Shown piece after piece: positions 52,332 to 61,983 of a stretch of DNA of 64,000 nt. The notes under the pieces are model-generated. The model saw only the letters and a program-made list of their open reading frames with translations. It had not been told where the DNA came from and searched no databases. A program made the position numbers and the translations under genes. How positions within the stretch are numbered: position 1 is the first letter of the stretch; each line of letters opens with the position of its first letter. Source of the stretch: an uncultured Bacteroidales bacterium (GTDB taxonomy: Bacteria > Bacteroidota > Bacteroidia > Bacteroidales > UBA3824); NCBI GenBank assembly GCA_947168365.1, contig CAMVLO010000012.1, positions 2,516 to 66,515 on the forward strand, in the 5' to 3' direction.

Positions 52332-53246
52332 ATGGCACACGTAGTAAATCCAATATACGACACTGTCTTCAAATATATAATGCAAGACGAGAAGGTAGCA
52401 AAGGTGTTGATTGGCAACATCTTGAAAACAAAAGTCGTGTCTATTCAGATGAATAACAACGAATATGCGGCGATGCTGCCCGACGGTAAAAAGGTGTTCA
52501 AATTGGATTTCTCAGCCACGATTTTGGATCGCGAAGGTAAGCATCAACTTGTTCATATCGAAGTTCAAAAAGCGTTGGAAGAAGGCGAGATAATGCGTTT
52601 CCGTCATTATCTCGGAGCCATTTACATGGACTCAACCAAGAAATATCAGGAAACTATCAAGAATTCCAAGACCCAAGAAGAAATCACCGTGGAGCATCCT
52701 CTGCCGATACACACCATTTATATTTTGGGACATGAACTCGGCTCCGGTCTCAACAAATCTGTAATGCACGGCGAAAATATTTTCAAGGATCAAGACGGGA
52801 ACATCATTCAAATTCCACCTGACAACGATTATCTCAACGGTCTTACTCATACCGTTTCCTTTGTGATTGCACCACTAACCAAGAAAAATGTCAAGACGCA
52901 CCTTGACCGACTATTGTCCATATTCAGCGATTGTGAGCCAAACAAAGAGGAAATCGAAATTGATGAATATTTCGATGATTCTGACGACTACCGCACATTG
53001 ATGAAAGCTTTGCAAAAGGCATCCGTTGACAAGCAACTTCGCGGCAACCTCGAACTCGAACAATACGAATGGGCTAAACAGACCAAACTGATGAAAAGTA
53101 ACGCAGAGTTGCAAGAACAGCTTTCGCAAAAAAATGCTCAGCTTTCCGCTGCCATCAAAGCCCTTTCTGCGACCAATTCTGCGGAACAAATCGCCCAAAT
53201 CCTCAATGTTGACAAACAACAAGTTGATGAGATTTTGAAAGGCTGA
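52332..53246 (+). CDS. Rpn-family / PD-(D/E)XK nuclease-like protein, copy B (tandem duplicate of A)
   Basis: Residues 1-255 are identical to copy A. The tail is shorter (SNAELQEQLSQKNAQLSAAIKALSAT...). Same promoter box at the same offset. Confidence 0.75.
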   Translation: MAHVVNPIYDTVFKYIMQDEKVAKVLIGNILKTKVVSIQMNNNEYAAMLPDGKKVFKLDFSATILDREGKHQLVHIEVQKALEEGEIMRFRHYLGAIYMDSTKKYQETIKNSKTQEEITVEHPLPIHTIYILGHELGSGLNKSVMHGENIFKDQDGNIIQIPPDNDYLNGLTHTVSFVIAPLTKKNVKTHLDRLLSIFSDCEPNKEEIEIDEYFDDSDDYRTLMKALQKASVDKQLRGNLELEQYEWAKQTKLMKSNAELQEQLSQKNAQLSAAIKALSATNSAEQIAQILNVDKQQVDEILKG

Positions 53247-53265
53247 CTGTTTTAATTCTTTAACC

Positions 53266-53811
53266 ATGCACTACCACAAAACCATAACCCTAAAAAACTC
53301 CGCCCCCTGCACCCTACGCAACGCTGATGAGCGCGACGGAGAAAGGGTGCTTGAAGTGTTTTTGTTGACACATCGTCAGACAGATTTTTTGTTGTCGTAC
53401 AACGATGAAAACACTTTTACAGCCGAGGACGAGGCGCGATATTTAAAAGAAAAATCTGACAGTCCCGATGAAATCGAAATTCTTGCTGAAATCGATGGAA
53501 AAGTTGTCGGTACGGCAGGATTTTCAAAAATCGGACATCACTACAAAGTAAAACATCGCGCAGAATTCGGAATCGGAATTGACAAAAAATATTGGGGTTT
53601 GGGTATCGGTTCTGCACTCACCAAAGCCTGCATCGGATGTGCTCAAAAAGCAGGTTACAAGCAGTTGGAACTCAACTGTGTTGCGAATAACAAAGCAGCG
53701 TTAAATCTTTACCAACGTTTGGGTTTTGTGGAATACGGAAGAAATCCGTTGGGATTCAATTCGAGGAATTCCGCGTTTCAAGAGTTGGTTTATATGAGGA
53801 AAGAATTGTAA
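53266..53811 (+). CDS. GNAT-family N-acetyltransferase
   Basis: 'YWGLGIGSALTKACIGCAQKAGYKQLELNCVANNKAALNLYQRLGFVEYG' is the acetyl-CoA binding motif A/B region. Confidence 0.85.
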   Translation: MHYHKTITLKNSAPCTLRNADERDGERVLEVFLLTHRQTDFLLSYNDENTFTAEDEARYLKEKSDSPDEIEILAEIDGKVVGTAGFSKIGHHYKVKHRAEFGIGIDKKYWGLGIGSALTKACIGCAQKAGYKQLELNCVANNKAALNLYQRLGFVEYGRNPLGFNSRNSAFQELVYMRKEL

Positions 53812-53846
53812 AGAAAATTTATTTTTGACAATTGATAAATATCAGT

Positions 53847-53854
53847 TATCTTTG
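53847..53854 (+). promoter_or_regulatory. -7 box for Rpn-like copy C
   Basis: TATCTTTG, about 26 nt upstream of ATG 53880. Confidence 0.5.
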
Positions 53855-53879
53855 CCTTAACAATTAAAAGATTACAAAG

Positions 53880-54845
53880 ATGGCACAAGTTGTAAACCCG
53901 ATATATGATACTGTTTTCAAATACCTGATGCAGGACGAAAAAGTTGCGAAAGTTTTGATTGGAAACATCTTGAATACCAAGGTGATATCCATTCAAATGA
54001 ACAACAACGAATATTCGGCTTTGCTGCCCGACGGTAAGAAAATTTTCAAGTTGGATTTTTCAGCCACAATTTTGGACAAGAGCGGCAAGCATCAACTTGT
54101 TCATATTGAAGTTCAAAAGGCGTTGGAGGATGGCGAAATAATGCGATTCCGTTCGTACCTCGGCGCAATCTATATGGATGAAACAAAGAAATATCAGGAA
54201 ACAATCAAAGATCCGAAAACAAAAACCGAAACCATCATTGAGCATCCGCTGCCCATCCATTCGATTTATATTTTGGGTCACGAACTCGGTGACGGCTTAG
54301 GAAAATCGGTGATGCTCGGCGAAAACATCTTCAAGGATCAAGATGGCAACATCATCCAAATTCCGTCCAACAACGATTATATCAACGGACTAACGCACAC
54401 GGTAACATTTGTGATTGCGCCGCTCACAAAAAAGAATGTCAAAACACATCTCGACAAGTTGTTGACAATTTTCAGCGAAACCGAACCAAACAGTAAAATC
54501 ATTGAGTTGGACGAATATTATGACGATTCCGAAGACTACCGCACCATTATGCGTGTTCTTCAGAAGGCATCTTCCGACAAGCAACTGCGCGGCAATCTCG
54601 ACTTGGAGCAATACGCTTGGAACAACCAACTAAAAATGGAACGCCGAGCTCAAGAACTTCAAGGTCGCATCAACGAAATGGGAACGCAACTTTCACAACA
54701 GCAAGCACAATTATCACAACAAAAAGCGCAACTTGCCGCCGCCATCAAAGCCCTTTCCGCGACAAACACAGCTGCACAAATTGCGCAAATATTGAATATC
54801 GGTCAAGAACAAGTGGAAGAAATTTTAAACGGAGAGAAAAACTAA
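53880..54845 (+). CDS. Rpn-family / PD-(D/E)XK nuclease-like protein, copy C (diverged paralog)
   Basis: Collinear with copies A and B with scattered substitutions (MAQVVNPIYDTVFKYLMQDEK...LVHIEVQKALEDGEIMRF). Has its own Q-rich tail variant. TATCTTTG box about 26 nt upstream. Confidence 0.75.
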   Translation: MAQVVNPIYDTVFKYLMQDEKVAKVLIGNILNTKVISIQMNNNEYSALLPDGKKIFKLDFSATILDKSGKHQLVHIEVQKALEDGEIMRFRSYLGAIYMDETKKYQETIKDPKTKTETIIEHPLPIHSIYILGHELGDGLGKSVMLGENIFKDQDGNIIQIPSNNDYINGLTHTVTFVIAPLTKKNVKTHLDKLLTIFSETEPNSKIIELDEYYDDSEDYRTIMRVLQKASSDKQLRGNLDLEQYAWNNQLKMERRAQELQGRINEMGTQLSQQQAQLSQQKAQLAAAIKALSATNTAAQIAQILNIGQEQVEEILNGEKN

Positions 54846-54922
54846 CGATGTAGTTTTGTTGAAAAAAAATCAACCCGTAAAAAAAAACTTGCTCAAGCAT
54901 CTGATGACCTTAATTTGTTGGA

Positions 54923-55555
54923 TTAAAATCCGTTGCCGTTCCATTTGATAACCTTGTCGGTTTCAGAGGAAAAGTCGTTGTATTTGAGGTCGCGCCCTAC
55001 CTTAGGAAGTTTTACAAAGATTTCTGTGTTATCGTCTAACGTTGTCATTACTTTTTTAACGATGTCAGCACGTGGTGTGAGAGTTGCTTTTGTAGCGTTG
55101 TATTCGTAGAAGAAAATGGCACAATTCGACATCACCTCTCCATCAGCGTAAATGCTTACGCCAAAAAGTTTGTTACCATTCGTAAGGTTCCAATACACGG
55201 CTTGAAGGATGTGTTCTCGTGTTACAACTTCGCCTTTTTTGAAATCACCGTCGAATTCTGAGGTAAACGAATGAGTGTGCGCTATTTCTACAAATCCGTT
55301 TTTGGGAGCGTAGTCTATTTTAAACTTAGACTTGCCGGTAGACTTAAACGTGATGAAGTCATCAACGTAATCGTTAGGAAATGCCTTGCCCCACGCGAGA
55401 AACAATTTGTCAATAACAGCGTCCTGCGATGCGGGTACGGTGATGTTCTTTTGCCATTTGTCACGAAAATCATCAACATCGTAGTCGAAAATCTGAGCGG
55501 TGGCAAAGTTGAAGGTAAATACCGACAAAAATGCGATTATGATAAGTTTTTTCAT
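54923..55555 (-). CDS. Hypothetical secreted protein
   Basis: Signal peptide MKKLIIIAFLSVFTFNFATAQ. No recognised domain. Confidence 0.45.
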   Translation of the reverse strand: MKKLIIIAFLSVFTFNFATAQIFDYDVDDFRDKWQKNITVPASQDAVIDKLFLAWGKAFPNDYVDDFITFKSTGKSKFKIDYAPKNGFVEIAHTHSFTSEFDGDFKKGEVVTREHILQAVYWNLTNGNKLFGVSIYADGEVMSNCAIFFYEYNATKATLTPRADIVKKVMTTLDDNTEIFVKLPKVGRDLKYNDFSSETDKVIKWNGNGF

Positions 55556-55595
55556 GGTTGTAATAATTTTTTTGTAACATCTAACAATTTTTTTG

Positions 55596-55630
55596 CCAAA
55601 AAAAAGAGGAAATCAAATGACTTCCTCTTT
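55596..55630 (-). terminator. Terminator after the outer-membrane beta-barrel gene
   Basis: AGAGGAA / TTCCTCT stem flanked by A-run and T-run, so it could act in both directions. Confidence 0.55.
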
Positions 55631-55648
55631 TTTATTAAAAAACCTATT

Positions 55649-58606
55649 TTAGAATCTCGGAGGCATACCGCCGGGGAATCCGCCGGGACGTCCTTGTCCG
55701 CCACGACCACCCGGAAATCCGCCGGGTCCAAAACCACCGGGACCGCCATGTCCGTTGCGTGCGTCTTTGTTTCCAAAGATGTTAAGACGATAAATTACAT
55801 GCAACATAATGTATGAATTGATTGTGTTGTATTCGATATCGCTGCGCTGCATTGCCGAAATATTACGGCTGTAAGTGCTGAGTTGTTGCAAGATGTCAAA
55901 AAACTGAACAGAAACCGTAAGCGTTTTTCCCTTCAAGAAACTCTGCGCAATTTGAGCGTTCCAAACAAGTTCGTCAGTGTTCATGGAATTGTCACTGTAA
56001 CCACGGTGGCTCTGATTGTGAACGTCGTTGGTTATGCTTGTTCCCCACGGCATATAAATATTGAAAGATCCGCCGTATGAAAACTGCTTGGTATCGAGAT
56101 TGCTCTGTTTCTGCAACTCGTTGTCTGTATGAGTGTAATTGATACTTCCGTCAAGAGTAATCTCTACCCAACCTTTACGCCAACTGCCTTGCAAACGCTC
56201 CATTATCATATTACTGCGGGTAGTATTCTTTTTAGACATATTGTCCTGATAAAGATAGCCTACATAATTGTTATAATTGTACATCGTAAAAGTGTTGATA
56301 TTCCAAACTCCGGCTGTATCAAGCGCGGTATTGAACATAAATCCGGAATTAACACCCCAATTACCGTTGATATTTTCCGGTCGTGTGATACGTCCGCCGG
56401 TTTTCTCGTTGTAAGTCACCATATTCGCTATTGAATTTCTCGTGTTGTTCATATTAACAAATGTCATAATAGTACGCATGTGATCGCGAATATAAGTGTT
56501 GTAATTCAATCTCAAATTGTTAGTAAACGAAGGTTTCAAACCCGGATTACCTTTTGAAATATTCAGAGGGTCGCTGTCATCGGTGATATCAAGAAGGTCA
56601 CTCATAGAAGGTTGCGATGTAGAACCGCGATAAGTAATTTCCAATCGTGTCAACTCGTTGGGATTATAACGATATTCAAATGTCGGCGTTACGTTAAACA
56701 CGCTGCGTGTAGTATCGGTATGTACGCCTTGATAATTTTGAACAAATTTTGTCTGCTGAGGCTGAAACATCGCTCCAACGTTCAACTGATATTTATCTCG
56801 AATCATACGGAAATTTACATTCATATCTTGGATGTAATTTTTGTATTCAGAAAAACGACTCAATGCCTCATCATAATAAACGTCGCTAAACGGTGTATTG
56901 ATTTTTGATAAATAATTATTCCATTTACGGTAATCTTGTTTTATGCCGGAAAACGGATTTTCATCAAACAAACTGTAATCGTATGTTGAACGGTCGCTCT
57001 TACTGTATTTGTACTGAAATTTATAACTGAACTGCAAATAAGTGCGTTTCCACAACGGTTCGCTGTATGAAAGTTGAACGGAATAATTCCAATTATCAGA
57101 AGGTGTCATATTATAACGGTTTGTATAATAAGTGGAATCGTTGCCCGCTGCCGTCTGAATCTGATACAAAATAACATCGTTTGTTGAGATTGACTTGTTG
57201 TCAGAATCAGTGTAACCGCCCTCGCCGCTAAGTGTGATGTTACGACCTTCGTTATTAAGTTTGCGGTTTAATTGCAATGTTCCGTTCATCTTTTTGCTAG
57301 AACCGTATGACAAATTGCCGTTTCTACGATAGTTAACCATAATAGAATCAGAGGCAAGAGTTTCAATCGAAGCCATCTCCAACGGGTCAAAAACATACAA
57401 ATACGGGTCAGAATTGTACGAAGCCGAAAGTCCCGTTGTACTGCCGTCGTTGGTTGAATATGAAAAAGTCGGACGGAACATGATATTGGTCATAGAATCG
57501 GGCTGCCACTCCAAACGGCCCTGCAAATTCCAACTGTCAGAACGGGTATATTGTTGATTTAACGAATTGGAAAATGCTCCGACTTTACTTACAAAACTTT
57601 CAACGGATTGTCTGCTCCAAATATCGCCGTCGCTGTGATTCCAACGCACGCTACCGTCGATTTTCAGTTTGTTTTTCTCTTCATAATTGTAGTTTAAGCC
57701 AACCATTTTAGATGCATTGAGACCGTTACCGCCGCCGAAACCTCGTCCGCCGCGTGGTCCGCCGCCAAAACCTCTATCGTTAACGTTATTAGCGTTAGTG
57801 AAAAGCATAATACGCTGTCTGTCAGCAAAAAATGCTCCCATTCCACGCCAAGCATAACGGTCTTTGGTTCCGATTCCCAAATCCAAATTTGTAAAACAAC
57901 CCTTGTTCATACCCGGTTTTAATCCGAAGTCCAAAACAGTCTCTTCGTTACCGTCTTCGATACCCGTAATACGCGCCATATCACTCTTTTGATCGTATGC
58001 TTTTATCTTGTTGACAATCGAAGTCGGAAGATTTTTCATAGCGGTTTTAGTGTCGCCGGTCATAAATTCTTTGCCGTCAACAAGGATTTTTTTCACTTCT
58101 TTTCCGTTGATTGTAATTTTACCGTCATCATCAATTTCTGCGCCGGGAAGTTTTTTTACAAGTTCCTCTATTGCAGAGCCTTCTGCGGTACGGTAAGCGT
58201 CGGCATTATAAACAAAAGTATCTTGTTTTACCGTCATTTTTGCTGCATAAGCCGTAGCAACAGCCTCGCCTAATTCAATAGCAGCAGGTTTCATAACGAG
58301 TTTACCGAGGTTAACATTTTTTCCCTGTTTTATTGCAGCTGATTTTATAATCGGGTCAAAACCAATGCTGGTAATTTTTATTATAAAATCGCCGTCAGAA
58401 GGGGCATTCATTTTGAAAATACCATTCTGATTACTAACAGTTCCGGTTACAAACGAGCTGTCAGTTTTTAGTAATCTTACTGTAGCCTGATACGCAGGCT
58501 CTTTGGTGTCGCCGTCAATTATGACACCCGAAATTTCTCTTTCTTGTGCAAATGCCGTGACAATCATCGTAAATAATGTCATCACAAGCGTAAAAACTTT
58601 TTTCAT
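55649..58606 (-). CDS. Outer-membrane beta-barrel family protein with N-terminal carboxypeptidase-regulatory-like domain (TonB-dependent-receptor-like)
   Basis: Signal peptide MKKVFTLVMTLFTMIVTAFAQ (ATG 58606), then 'ISGVIIDGDTKEPAYQATVRLL' (CarbopepD_reg), a plug-like region, a long beta-barrel and a Gly/Pro-rich C-terminal tail. Confidence 0.8.
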   Translation of the reverse strand: MKKVFTLVMTLFTMIVTAFAQEREISGVIIDGDTKEPAYQATVRLLKTDSSFVTGTVSNQNGIFKMNAPSDGDFIIKITSIGFDPIIKSAAIKQGKNVNLGKLVMKPAAIELGEAVATAYAAKMTVKQDTFVYNADAYRTAEGSAIEELVKKLPGAEIDDDGKITINGKEVKKILVDGKEFMTGDTKTAMKNLPTSIVNKIKAYDQKSDMARITGIEDGNEETVLDFGLKPGMNKGCFTNLDLGIGTKDRYAWRGMGAFFADRQRIMLFTNANNVNDRGFGGGPRGGRGFGGGNGLNASKMVGLNYNYEEKNKLKIDGSVRWNHSDGDIWSRQSVESFVSKVGAFSNSLNQQYTRSDSWNLQGRLEWQPDSMTNIMFRPTFSYSTNDGSTTGLSASYNSDPYLYVFDPLEMASIETLASDSIMVNYRRNGNLSYGSSKKMNGTLQLNRKLNNEGRNITLSGEGGYTDSDNKSISTNDVILYQIQTAAGNDSTYYTNRYNMTPSDNWNYSVQLSYSEPLWKRTYLQFSYKFQYKYSKSDRSTYDYSLFDENPFSGIKQDYRKWNNYLSKINTPFSDVYYDEALSRFSEYKNYIQDMNVNFRMIRDKYQLNVGAMFQPQQTKFVQNYQGVHTDTTRSVFNVTPTFEYRYNPNELTRLEITYRGSTSQPSMSDLLDITDDSDPLNISKGNPGLKPSFTNNLRLNYNTYIRDHMRTIMTFVNMNNTRNSIANMVTYNEKTGGRITRPENINGNWGVNSGFMFNTALDTAGVWNINTFTMYNYNNYVGYLYQDNMSKKNTTRSNMIMERLQGSWRKGWVEITLDGSINYTHTDNELQKQSNLDTKQFSYGGSFNIYMPWGTSITNDVHNQSHRGYSDNSMNTDELVWNAQIAQSFLKGKTLTVSVQFFDILQQLSTYSRNISAMQRSDIEYNTINSYIMLHVIYRLNIFGNKDARNGHGGPGGFGPGGFPGGRGGQGRPGGFPGGMPPRF

Positions 58607-58745
58607 TCTTTTTATCTTTGGTTTAAGTATATTTTTGACAAAGAATCTTAAAAAAAGTTTAATTATTTTCAAGAAAAGTTTTTCAGGTGAATCATACTAA
58701 ATTGAAATTCAACAACATCCGATTTCATTTTTTACAAAAAAAATG

Positions 58746-59363
58746 TCAAAACTTGTAAATTTCTTCTTGTAACTTTTCTAAAAACTTCGCCGCATGTCCG
58801 CCGTCCATCTGAACGTGATGAAATTGAAACGAGATTGGCAAAACAACCTTGAACCAATGTTTTTTGTATTTTCCCCACGACAAAAACGGATTGTTGTAAA
58901 TGCCGGTATATTGATTTACAATACAATCGAGTTCTGTACCAATCACAGCCGACGTTCCGATAATTGCCGCTTCTTCTTCAAGGATGTTTTGACATGACTC
59001 TTTTGCGGATTGCGTTATTGAATTATAATCGTTGTTAAACTTCTGAAAATCATTTGTGTAAGGAATATCACAGAAACTTAGTCCGCCGTTCTTATTGTTG
59101 ACAATTGTATTGAGCGCAATACGGTCGTAACGGTAAAGTTTACCATTTTCGGGCAACGTGTAAAATTCCGCTACACTACTTGCAGCACGGCAAATACACC
59201 AACACAGCAACATATTGAATTTTAAACCCTTACGTTTACTATTACGATAAAGACGCGTAACATCAAATGTTTTAACCACTGTAACCATCGGCATCGGTGA
59301 CGACATCCAAATTTCAAAAGCAATTGCACGCGAAGTTTCTTTTGGATTGATTTCTGTTTTCAT
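58746..59363 (-). CDS. CatA-like (chloramphenicol acetyltransferase fold) O-acyltransferase
   Basis: C-terminal 'ISFQFHHVQMDGGHAAKFLEKLQ' carries the catalytic HHxxxDG motif. About 205 aa, typical of type A CAT-like proteins. Substrate unknown. Confidence 0.8.
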   Translation of the reverse strand: MKTEINPKETSRAIAFEIWMSSPMPMVTVVKTFDVTRLYRNSKRKGLKFNMLLCWCICRAASSVAEFYTLPENGKLYRYDRIALNTIVNNKNGGLSFCDIPYTNDFQKFNNDYNSITQSAKESCQNILEEEAAIIGTSAVIGTELDCIVNQYTGIYNNPFLSWGKYKKHWFKVVLPISFQFHHVQMDGGHAAKFLEKLQEEIYKF

Positions 59364-59371
59364 CGTTCAAA

Positions 59372-59833
59372 TTATTTTTGAAAATAATTATTCAAAGACA
59401 ATTGCATCGCAGCCACGCCGTCTTCAAAATCGGTCTGAACAAAACCGATTCGTTGGTATAGCGCGTAGGCAACCGGCATTACTTCGGGACGGGTTGTAAG
59501 TTTAACTTCCTTGTAGCCAAGCGATTCAGCACGTTGGAACATCGCATCCAACATCTTTCTCGAATAGCCTTTGCCACGATATTCGGGCTTAACATACAGG
59601 CGTTTTACTTCGGCGATATTGTCGTCCACTTTTTTAAGCGCAACCGTTGCAATTGGCGTTTCATCTTCAAAACCAACGAGAATCGTCCCGCCTTTGTAAA
59701 ATGTTGCCAAATCTGCTAATTCTTTTTCAAAAGAAACAAAGCATCCTTCCGCACCCTTAATTTGTGAATATTCTACAAAAAGGGATTTGATGATGTCGTA
59801 ATCTGTTGATGTTTTTACTTCAAAATTTTTCAT
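59372..59833 (-). CDS. GNAT-family N-acetyltransferase
   Basis: 'VKRLYVKPEYRGKGYSRKMLDAMFQRAESLGYKEVKLTT...YALYQRIGF'. Start at MKNFEVK (ATG 59833), 16 nt after the rSAM stop. Confidence 0.85.
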   Translation of the reverse strand: MKNFEVKTSTDYDIIKSLFVEYSQIKGAEGCFVSFEKELADLATFYKGGTILVGFEDETPIATVALKKVDDNIAEVKRLYVKPEYRGKGYSRKMLDAMFQRAESLGYKEVKLTTRPEVMPVAYALYQRIGFVQTDFEDGVAAMQLSLNNYFQK

Positions 59834-59849
59834 AATTATATAATTTTTA

Positions 59850-60608
59850 TTATTTACAACTTCCGAATTGTATTTTATCCAATGCGTTAATAAGTCCGTT
59901 ATAATCAATAGTTTCTAACGGTTGTTTGCCTTGTGCGTAACTACAAAAGTTTACCTTTTTGTCCCACGAAACTGAGCAAAAATTATCGGGCGGAGTACAT
60001 TTAAGAAGGCATGACGGACTTTGAAACGGTTTTCCGTCAGCAATATACAGCAACGTTTTGGGATCGGGAGTTTCGGAAAAACGTTGCGGAATCAGGATTA
60101 TTTGTTTTGGTGTTAAAAGTCCGTCGGTCAAAAGCGAATAAACACGTTTGCAATTTTCCGCTTTGTTTTTGTTTATCAACAAGTTGACGCCAACGGTAAT
60201 GTCGGTTTCAGAGGTGATTTTTTCCAACATTTTTATAACACGCGAAACCTCGTTTTCGTTGTCAGGAAAATGAATTGTAAGATGAATTTTATCTGGTCTG
60301 TGGTTTTTCAGACGGAAAAAAACATCGGCATTTTCAAACGGCAAACCGTTAGAGGTAACAGACAGATACACAACAGGTTGAATTGCAGAAATAATTTCAA
60401 AAACGCCGTCAAATTCAAACGGTTCGCCACCGCCTAACGAAACGGCTTCAATTCCGTTGTCAGCGCAATCTTTCACAAAGTCAACAACCTGATTTGCAGT
60501 CCACTGTGTATCGCCGGATTTTGAACTTCTGTTATAACAAAACCCGCAACCCTTACTGCAAAAATTAGAAAGGTCTATCGACAGAAGTTTTAGATTTTTG
60601 TATTTCAT
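59850..60608 (-). CDS. Small radical SAM enzyme with C-terminal Cys cluster
   Basis: 'DLSNFCSKGCGFCYN' (CX3CX2C), 'SLGGGEPFE' (GGE SAM motif) and C-terminal 'SPSCLLKC...FCSVSW...FCSY' (possible auxiliary cluster). The ATG lies 44 nt inside the end of the upstream ORF. Confidence 0.8.
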   Translation of the reverse strand: MKYKNLKLLSIDLSNFCSKGCGFCYNRSSKSGDTQWTANQVVDFVKDCADNGIEAVSLGGGEPFEFDGVFEIISAIQPVVYLSVTSNGLPFENADVFFRLKNHRPDKIHLTIHFPDNENEVSRVIKMLEKITSETDITVGVNLLINKNKAENCKRVYSLLTDGLLTPKQIILIPQRFSETPDPKTLLYIADGKPFQSPSCLLKCTPPDNFCSVSWDKKVNFCSYAQGKQPLETIDYNGLINALDKIQFGSCK

Positions 60609-61944
60609 TGTCTAATGATTTTTCGTTATATATTAACTCTTCAACTTCTTTTTCTGTTAGTTTTATAGGAATTTTCATGCCACGGTATTCGCGGTTGGCA
60701 TAATCCATAATTTCGTCGTGATGAGCCTCAATTTCCGAAAATAAATAAAACGGAAATTTTTGACCACAGATTTCAATTTCGTGATTTCCTACTGCAAAAA
60801 ACTTTTCAACTATTAACATCACTTCATCGTCAATAATTAAAAGATAAGGATTCAAAAATTTTATTACTTTTTCAATCGGGTTTTTCTGAAACCTTTTAAT
60901 TCTTTCTTTTTCGGACAATTGTGTGATATAATCTTTTTTCTCTCTCCAAAACAATTTTATGCTTAATTCATCATCCGAAAAAGCAGACATTGCAGCAAAA
61001 TTCCCTTTTTTATAATCAATTTCTGCCTTAGGGCTGCCTGAATACTCTAATATCAAAACCGTACAATAATAAGCACATTGATTAATATAAAAAGGTTCAC
61101 TTTTGGATAGCGGTAAACAATTCAAATAATATGCAAACGCTCCTTTTCCGTCGGATAGTTTATAATAATCAAATTTCAATTGCTCTTCCGGTGAAATGTT
61201 GAATGAAAAAAATTCAAAATCGTCATCTGCCCATTTTGCCCAATCGGAAATATAGTAATCTGCGATTTGCAATGTATCTGTTTCTGAGAATTTAATTGGT
61301 AGTTTCAGAATCTCATTCTGTGCTTTTTCTGGTAATTGAGAAACTTTTACAGGATATTCAGGCTTTACAACACGAGCAATTGGCAATTTTCTCGAATAGG
61401 ATTGCTTATAAACATAGAATGGAACTTTTCTAAACTCCATATCATCAAAATTAATATACGTCTCGTAATTGCTTGGTATATAATAATCAATTATTCTTAT
61501 ATCTTCCAATGTTTTCAAAAGAAGATTGGATGGATTTTCAATAAAATCAATATAATACAGACCTAAGTTTCGTGAAAGACACGTAACTTCTTTTTCGTTG
61601 TTTTTAGAAACGATTTCTTGGAAAAACACATTCTCATTTTCTGGGTTTATCTTAACAACAGAATAGCATAACAAATCGGTTGGTTCTCCTTTTTTATAAG
61701 ATTTGTCATAAAACTCCAATGCTTGATTGTCTGTCAAATTTAATTTTCGCACTGGAATTGATGTGTCCTTTTCAGTAAATGTATCAAATAAAAATTCAGA
61801 AATACAAGTTTGCGTATTGGATATATTTTCAGGTACAGGTCCATTATCTTCAAACTCAATTATTGCTACCTCACCATTCTCATCGGCATAAAACCAAGCC
61901 GTTGACATCGAGTGCGTTGCGGGATATTCTTTTGTTGTTTTCAT
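60565..61944 (-). CDS. Hypothetical 459-aa cytoplasmic protein (no recognisable family)
   Basis: Long intact ORF, A+T-rich, with no TM segment or signal peptide. Its 3' end overlaps the radical SAM start by 44 nt, suggesting translational coupling. Confidence 0.55.
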   Translation of the reverse strand: MKTTKEYPATHSMSTAWFYADENGEVAIIEFEDNGPVPENISNTQTCISEFLFDTFTEKDTSIPVRKLNLTDNQALEFYDKSYKKGEPTDLLCYSVVKINPENENVFFQEIVSKNNEKEVTCLSRNLGLYYIDFIENPSNLLLKTLEDIRIIDYYIPSNYETYINFDDMEFRKVPFYVYKQSYSRKLPIARVVKPEYPVKVSQLPEKAQNEILKLPIKFSETDTLQIADYYISDWAKWADDDFEFFSFNISPEEQLKFDYYKLSDGKGAFAYYLNCLPLSKSEPFYINQCAYYCTVLILEYSGSPKAEIDYKKGNFAAMSAFSDDELSIKLFWREKKDYITQLSEKERIKRFQKNPIEKVIKFLNPYLLIIDDEVMLIVEKFFAVGNHEIEICGQKFPFYLFSEIEAHHDEIMDYANREYRGMKIPIKLTEKEVEELIYNEKSLDNEIQKSKTSVDRPF

Positions 61945-61983
61945 AATTATTACTTCTTACAATTAATTGACAAAAGTCGCTCT

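Larger units (their letters stand above)
51207..53095 (+). repeat. Tandem direct duplication (offset 1081 bp): 51207-52014 and 52288-53095 appear identical
   Basis: Boundaries read by eye (mismatches at 51206/52287 and 52015/53096). Protein residues 1-255 are identical. Shadow ORFs on the opposite strand are also identical (51551-51769 = 52632-52850), so synonymous sites match too. Confidence 0.85.

Noticed and set aside
55649-55780. Gly/Pro-rich C-terminal tail (GHGGPGGFGPGGFPGGRGGQGRPGGFPGGMPPRF) of the outer-membrane beta-barrel protein, and overlapping ORFs 55271-55816 and 55552-55776
   Set aside because: Gly-rich tails are, as far as I recall, common in this outer-membrane beta-barrel family. 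The overlapping ORFs are shadow frames of the G+C-rich tail-coding DNA.
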